Part shown: positions 58,670 through 64,000 of the stretch, piece after piece
Numbering within the stretch: position 1 is the stretch's first letter
Layout: each line of letters opens with the position of its first letter
From: Caecitellus pseudoparvulus
Taxonomy: Eukaryota; Protista; Bigyra: Bicosoecida
Length of the DNA stretch: 64,000 nt
Assembly: GCA_965644315.1 (NCBI GenBank)
Contig: CBFFRQ010000018.1
Coordinates: 1,054,001-1,118,000, forward strand
Direction: 5' to 3'
The notes under the pieces: model-generated
What the model was told of the DNA's origin: nothing
Database searches by the model: none
The model's input: the letters and a program-made list of their open reading frames with translations, nothing else
Translations under genes and position numbers: made by a program

Positions 58670-59364
58670 GGTGTTGGTCTGCGGAAAGGTGGGGTGGGTT
58701 CAGCTTGTGACGAGCGCTGCCGAGAAGAACCGACGCGGAAACACACCACGCCAAACGGCATGCAGCCCATGCTTCGCCCAGTCACACACAAACCACCGCA
58801 CAACACAGGCATAGGTGAAGGAGACATGGAGTGTGCAGACTCTTGCCGCCGGGGGGCGGGCGCGAGGGTGTGCAACAGATAAGTGCAACAAGCAGCGTCA
58901 GCAAGCAGCCGTTGCAGGCAAAGATCACGCACAGGTCTTGGGGGAGGTGACGGGGTTGGTCAGGGTTGAATGGAAGGCAGGATGGTGCGGTGAGAGCTTG
59001 AAAGTTGGATAAATAAGTGCTGCAAGAGATAGATGTGGCAAGTGCTGGTGACTGTGGTCTGGCACGGACCCCCCCTAAAATTTTGGTTCGGGGGGGGGGT
59101 CGGTTGGCCTGCTGAGCGAGGTCTGGCACAACTCATCACTCAACCCCCAACCCTGTCCAATTACCCTGCGAGCCAGACCTTTGAGTGTTTATCCAGTCAT
59201 CCAGGTTGCTGCTTTGTTCGCCGACGGGTGCGTGTTGCTGCTGCTGCTCTGCTTCATTGGCTTGCATTCCGTGGAACGAGCTTCCGGAAGCTTGCGAGCC
59301 CTTCTCCACTGACCCGTGGCCTTTGCCTGCCACGCAGTGATCACCAGCCGACTTCTTATCCACC

Positions 59365-62300
59365 ATGGCAGCGGCCAGTGAGTATTTCCTGGCGCCGCGC
59401 GAAGTAGCAGCCACCACACCTCTGGTTGCCATGCTCAGGCACTGTTGCACACCAACACGCCGGAGAGCTGGAGGCCGAGACGCCCATCGCACGGGCCATG
59501 GAGACGGGGGGAGTGACCCCTGATGTCTTCAGTGTGTACAAGCGCACGCCAGCGAACAAGGCTTCGGACCTGCTGGTGCAGGCTTTGGAGCACGAGGGCG
59601 TGGAATATGTCTTCGGCGTGCCGGGTGAGAGCAGCTCGTCTGACGTGGAAGCCGGCGGCCCAGCTCAGGGTGCCCTGCGTTGCCTGTGCAGGTGAGGAGA
59701 ACCTGGACTTCTTGGAGTCCATGCGCACAAGCAGCTTGCAGCTGGTGACCACGCGCCATGAGGCCAGCGCGGCGTTCATGGCAGCGACGTATGGCAGGCT
59801 GACCGGCAAGGTGAGGCACGCTGGGCTGCCGCAGCACGCCAAGCGCTGCAAACTGGACCTCGCACGCCTTGCACAGCTGTCTGTCGTCTTGACCACGCTG
59901 GGGCCTGGTGCCACCAACACCAGCACCGCCTTGTCGTATGCCCTGCTGGGGGGCATGCCCCTGCTCATCGTGACGGTGCGTTGGACATGCCATCCCGCTG
60001 CGTCGCCACTTGCGCCAGGCCAGGACGTGCATGTCTCCCTCCGCGCGCAGGGCCAAAAGCCCATCCGGCACTCGAAGCAAGGGGCGTTCCAAGTCATCAA
60101 TGTCGTGGAGCATTTCGCGCCCATCACGAAGTTCACCAAGGTCATCGAGGACTGGCACAAGATCCCTTCGCTGGTGCGCGAGGCATCCAGGCTGGCACTG
60201 GAGCAGCGGCCTGGCCCGACCCACCTGGAGCTCCCTGAGGACATTGCCGCTCAAGAAGTGGATGGAGAGGCATTCTTGCTGCCACGGTACCGAGTGCGCC
60301 GCCCAGTGCCCGATGAGAAGGCTGTCCGCATCGCAGCTGAGATGGTGCTGGCATCCAAATCCCCGCTGCTGCTGATCGGCGCCGGCGCACAGCGCACACG
60401 CACCCAGACGATGCTGAGGAAGTTCGTGGATGAGCTTGGCATGCCGTTCATCACGACGCAAATGGGCAAGGGCGTCGTGTCAGAGGCACACAAGCAGAGC
60501 CTGGGCACGGCTGCGTTGAGCGCGGGCGACGCGGTGCATGCTGCACTGGAGGCGAGTGACTGCATCATCATGGTGGGGCACGACAAGATCGAGAAGCCGC
60601 CTCTGTTCATGCACGGCGACGACAAGCGCTCTGTGATCCACATCAACCACTCTGATGGGCAGGTGGACGACATCTACGCCCCGCACTGGGCCGTCGTGGG
60701 CGACATCGCCAACGCCATCTGGCAGCTGGGGCAGCAACTGCAGGCCGCCATCACGGCCAAGGGTGGGCGGTCCGGCTGGGACTTCCGGTTCTTCTACCGT
60801 GTCCGGGATGCTCTGCAGGCCGCCCTGGCAGCCACCGCTGCCGACGAGGCCTTCCCCATGCAAGTGGAGCGCGTGGTGGCTGACGTCCGGGCAGCCCTGC
60901 CCGGGGACGGCGTGGTCACCCTGGACAACGGCCTGTACAAGCTGGCGTTTGCCCGCAGCTACAAGACGTACGAGCCGAACACGCTGCTGCTGGACAACGC
61001 CCTGGCCACGATGGGGGCGGGCCTGCCCAGCGGCATGGCAGCGGGGCTCGTGGACCCCAACCGCAAGGTCGTGGCGGTGTGCGGGGACGGCGGCTTCATG
61101 ATGGGCAACAACGACTTTGAGACTGCCGTGCGCCTGCGCCTGAACCTCGTGCTGGTCGTGCTGAACGACGGCGCGTACGGCATGATCAAGTGGAAGCAGG
61201 CGGGGCACGGCTTCGCCGACGGCGGCGCGCTGGACTTTGGCAACCCCGACTTTGTCAAGTTCGCGGAAGCCTTCGGCGCCAAGGGGCACCGCATCCGCTC
61301 CACGGGCGAGTTCAAGGGCACGCTGCAAGCGGCTCTGGACGAGGGCGGCGTGCACCTCCTGGACGTCCCCATGAACTACAACACGTTCAACCACACCCTG
61401 AAGGAGGGCATGGCCGAGCTCCGCCGCGAGCTGGATGCAGCCCTGCAGGAGGTGCAGGCGGACGATGGGCCCTGGACTGTGGCGCACGCCAGTGCGCCTG
61501 GCACTCCTGCCAGCAGCCAAGGTGGCGAGGCGGAGGCTGCTCCTGCTCCGTCGGCCTCTGCGACCCCCGGCGCCTTCACAGCCCCTGACGCGAGCGAGGA
61601 GCGGTGCCCTGATGCCGTCCGCCTGGGCGTGCCGGCAACATACCCCATGTACGTCGCCGGCAAGGCAGTGCAGCCCAACACAGACTTGGCCGTGAGCAAC
61701 AAGATGACCGGCAAGGTCGTCGCCCGGGTGCCCCTCGCGTCTGCCGACGACATCGAGGCTGCCATTGCTGCTGCAGACAGCGCCAAGGAAGCCATGGCGG
61801 CGCTGCCCGCCTTCGAGCGCAAGCGCATCCTGCAGAGCTGCGTCGCATCGTTCAAGGAGGACGCCGAGGCGCTGGCTGTGGCGCTGGCCCTGGAAGCCGG
61901 CAAGCCCATCAAGGACGCGCGCGGCGAGGTGGCCCGCCTCATCGACACGTTCGAAGTGGCGGCGGAGGAGGCCACGCGCATCTACGGCGAGTGGATGCCG
62001 CTGGACATCTCTGCCCGCGCCGCCGGCACACAGGCCATCACGCGCAAGTTCCCCATCGGGCCCGTGTCCATGGTGTCCCCCTTCAACTTCCCCCTGAACC
62101 TGGCGGCACACAAGGTGGCGCCAGCCATCGCGGCGGGGTGCCCCTTCGTGCTCAAGCCCGCCAGCCGCACACCGCTGGGCGCCCTCATCATCGGCAAGGC
62201 CCTCGTCAAGGCGGGGCTTCCGGAAGGCGCCTTCTCCATCGTGCCCTGCCCCCGCGAGGCCGCTGACGCGTTCACCACCGACGAGCGCTTCAAGCTGCTG

Positions 62301-63086
62301 TCGTTCACGGGCTCCCCTGGCGTGGGGTGGGCCATGAAGGCGCGGGCAGGCAAGAAGCCCGTCGTGCTGGAGCTGGGGGGCAACGCCGCTGCCATCGTGG
62401 ACAGCGCCGTGGACCTGCCCCACGTCGTGAAACGCCTGGCTCTGGGCGCCTTCTACCAGTCGGGGCAGTCCTGCATCGGCGTGCAGCGCATCTTGATCCG
62501 CTCCACGGTGTACGAGGAGGTGAAGGCTGCCCTGGTGCGGGAGGTGGGCAGCCTGAAGGTGGGGGACCCCCTGGAGGAAGACACGTTCGTGGGCCCCCTC
62601 ATCACCGCCAAGGATGCTGATCGCATGGAGGAGTGGACGGAGGAGGCCCTGGCCGCCGGCGCCAAGGTCGTCGTGGGGCACCGCAAGGAGGGCTCCTTCT
62701 ACTGGCCCACGCTGCTGGAGGGCGTGCCGCCGCACTGCAAGGTGTACCGGGAGGAGGCCTTTGGCCCCGTGGCGGTGCTGGAGCCGTACCAGACGTTTGA
62801 GCAGGCCGTGCAGCGCGTGAACGACAGCAAGTTCGGCCTGCAGGCGGGCGTCTTCACGGAGGACCTGCGGCGCGCGTTTTACGCGTACGAGCACATCGAC
62901 GCGGGTGGCGTGGTGGTGGGGGACGTGCCATCGTTCCGCGTGGACTCCCAGCCGTACGGCGGCGTGAAGGACAGCGGCCTGGGCCGGGAGGGCATCCGCT
63001 ATGCCATCGAGGACATGACTGAAACCCGCATCATGACCCTGCGCAATGTGGGCGCCTTGCGGGGGGAGGCTGCTGCTGCGCAGTGA
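59365..63086 (+). CDS. Fusion: ThDP-dependent acetolactate-synthase-like enzyme (2-oxoglutarate decarboxylase-like) + ALDH21-type aldehyde (succinic semialdehyde) dehydrogenase
   Basis: Exons 59365-59377, 59439-59624, 59692-59810, 59877-59975 and 60051-63086. ThDP motifs: ALEHEGVEYVFGVPGEENL, TRHEASAAFMAATYGRLTG, TLGPGATN, LLDNALATMGAGLP, GDGGFMM...LND. ALDH motifs: GKPIKDARGEV, SPFNFPLNL, LKPASRTP, FTGS, ELGGN, GQSC, EEAFGP, PYGGVKDSGLGREG. Confidence 0.92.
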
Positions 63087-63196
63087 CGCGCAGCCGTGCC
63101 ACAATTCAAAACCCGCCCCCTTGCACACACACAACGCAGTGCGGCGCTACGTGCAGCAGGCTCGCCTAACAGCGTCTTGGGCAGAGGTTTGCCGGC

Positions 63197-64000
63197 ATGG
63201 AGGGGGCCTTCGGCCCCTCAGGGCCCGAAGCCCTGCACACCAAGCTCGACGAGCTGCGAGCGGCGGCACAGGGGGGCGACGCCCAGCTGGCGCAAGTTGT
63301 CAGCGTCCTGGACGCGCTGTGTTTGGCCCTCGACATGCAGCCGCCCATTCCCCCAGCGGCGTACTTGGCCGGCTTGCTAGCGCTCGTGGAGCGCTCGGGG
63401 GCTGGCAGTGCCCAGGAGGTGCGTCATCGAACACAGAGCCGGCACCCTGTTCCCTGCCGCGCCTGCCTCTGAGCTGTGCAGGAGCAGGCACGACGACCCC
63501 TGAGCCCCGCAGGTCTTTTATCTACTCTCGGTGATTGTGCCGTTTGTCCCCGTCTCTGTGCTGCGCTCCCACGCGGACAGCACGACGAAGCTCTTCACGG
63601 CAGCGCTGCAGGTGCGGAAATTGCTCCCCCCACACACCGCACGCAAACAGCCCCCGCCGCACTTGGCCCCGGCTTTCACAGGCACCTGGCGTGACGGGTG
63701 ACCCCATCATGTTGCGCAGTGTCATCGTGTCCCTCTCTGCCTGTCTAGCTGCGCTCGATGTGGACGAGGGCAGCTGGGGCAGCGGTGGGCGCCTGGGCCT
63801 CTTCGGCGCCCTGCTGAACCTGTGCGTGGACCCCCGGGACCGCGTGCGGCGCGCGGCGCAGAGCGGCGCACACCGCATCCTGTGCCGCCACGCCCTCGCC
63901 GCCAAGCGCTCCGAGACCCTGCTCACCAAGGCCTCCGTGCAGTTCTTCTCGGGCATCCTGCGCGCGACGACGCTGAAGGACTCCGTGCGCTCCGTGCACA
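63197..64000 (+). CDS. RRP12: RRP12-like ribosome biogenesis HEAT protein, 5' part (spliced, truncated by the window)
   Basis: Exon pieces AAYLAGLLALVE, LYLLSVIVPFVPVSVLRSH, LRSVIVSLSACLAA and LLNLCVDPRDRVRRAAQ match the RRP12 N-terminal pattern. Confidence 0.7.

Larger units (their letters stand above)
54599..59100. repeat. Tandem segmental duplication, unit about 2.57 kb, including upstream non-coding sequence
   Basis: 54920-55330 matches 57488-57900 nearly base for base. The upstream blocks at about 56095-56490 and 58677-59100 also align (cagtcacacacaaaccaccgcac; gtggcaagtgc..gtgactgtgg). Confidence 0.9.

Noticed and set aside
59811-60050. Two apparent peptide insertions in the ThDP domain
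   Set aside because: Both are stop-free, in-frame GT-AG introns (66 and 75 nt). Removing them restores GRLTGKLSV and IVTGQK.
60480-63134. 884-aa antisense ORF over the ThDP-ALDH gene, and similar long shadow ORFs at 1592..2809, 4131..5540 and 46265..48055
   Set aside because: These are expected antisense shadows of high-GC3 genes. They carry no recognisable motifs, while the opposite strand has clear conserved ones.

Overview
This is GC-rich, gene-dense eukaryotic nuclear DNA, probably from a heterotrophic protist. The gene content suggests a stramenopile, but that is inference. Introns are short GT-AG introns, mostly about 60-75 nt, and intergenic gaps are tiny or overlapping. About 23 protein genes can be supported. 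The recognisable housekeeping genes are NOG2, SUV3, a polo-like kinase, mitoribosomal mL53, proteasome alpha-6, RBBP4/MSI1, a UPF0489 protein and RRP12 (partial). The main points of interest are: (1) an in-frame fusion of a bacterial-type ThDP 'acetolactate synthase-like' enzyme to an ALDH21-type dehydrogenase, a candidate single-polypeptide 2-oxoglutarate decarboxylase/succinic semialdehyde dehydrogenase TCA bypass; (2) an in-frame fusion of a selenocysteine lyase/cysteine desulfurase to an AlaX tRNA-editing domain; (3) a gene-free island of about 2 kb bounded by oppositely oriented CTAGTG/CACTAG arrays around a decayed spliced gene; (4) a 4000-aa lectin/Cys-rich/cadherin/IPT/9-TM receptor; and (5) two paralog pairs, one head-to-head LRR-like pair and one tandem pair of putative Ig-fold transcription factors with a gene-converted core. 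All exon models and family assignments were made by eye, without database searches.
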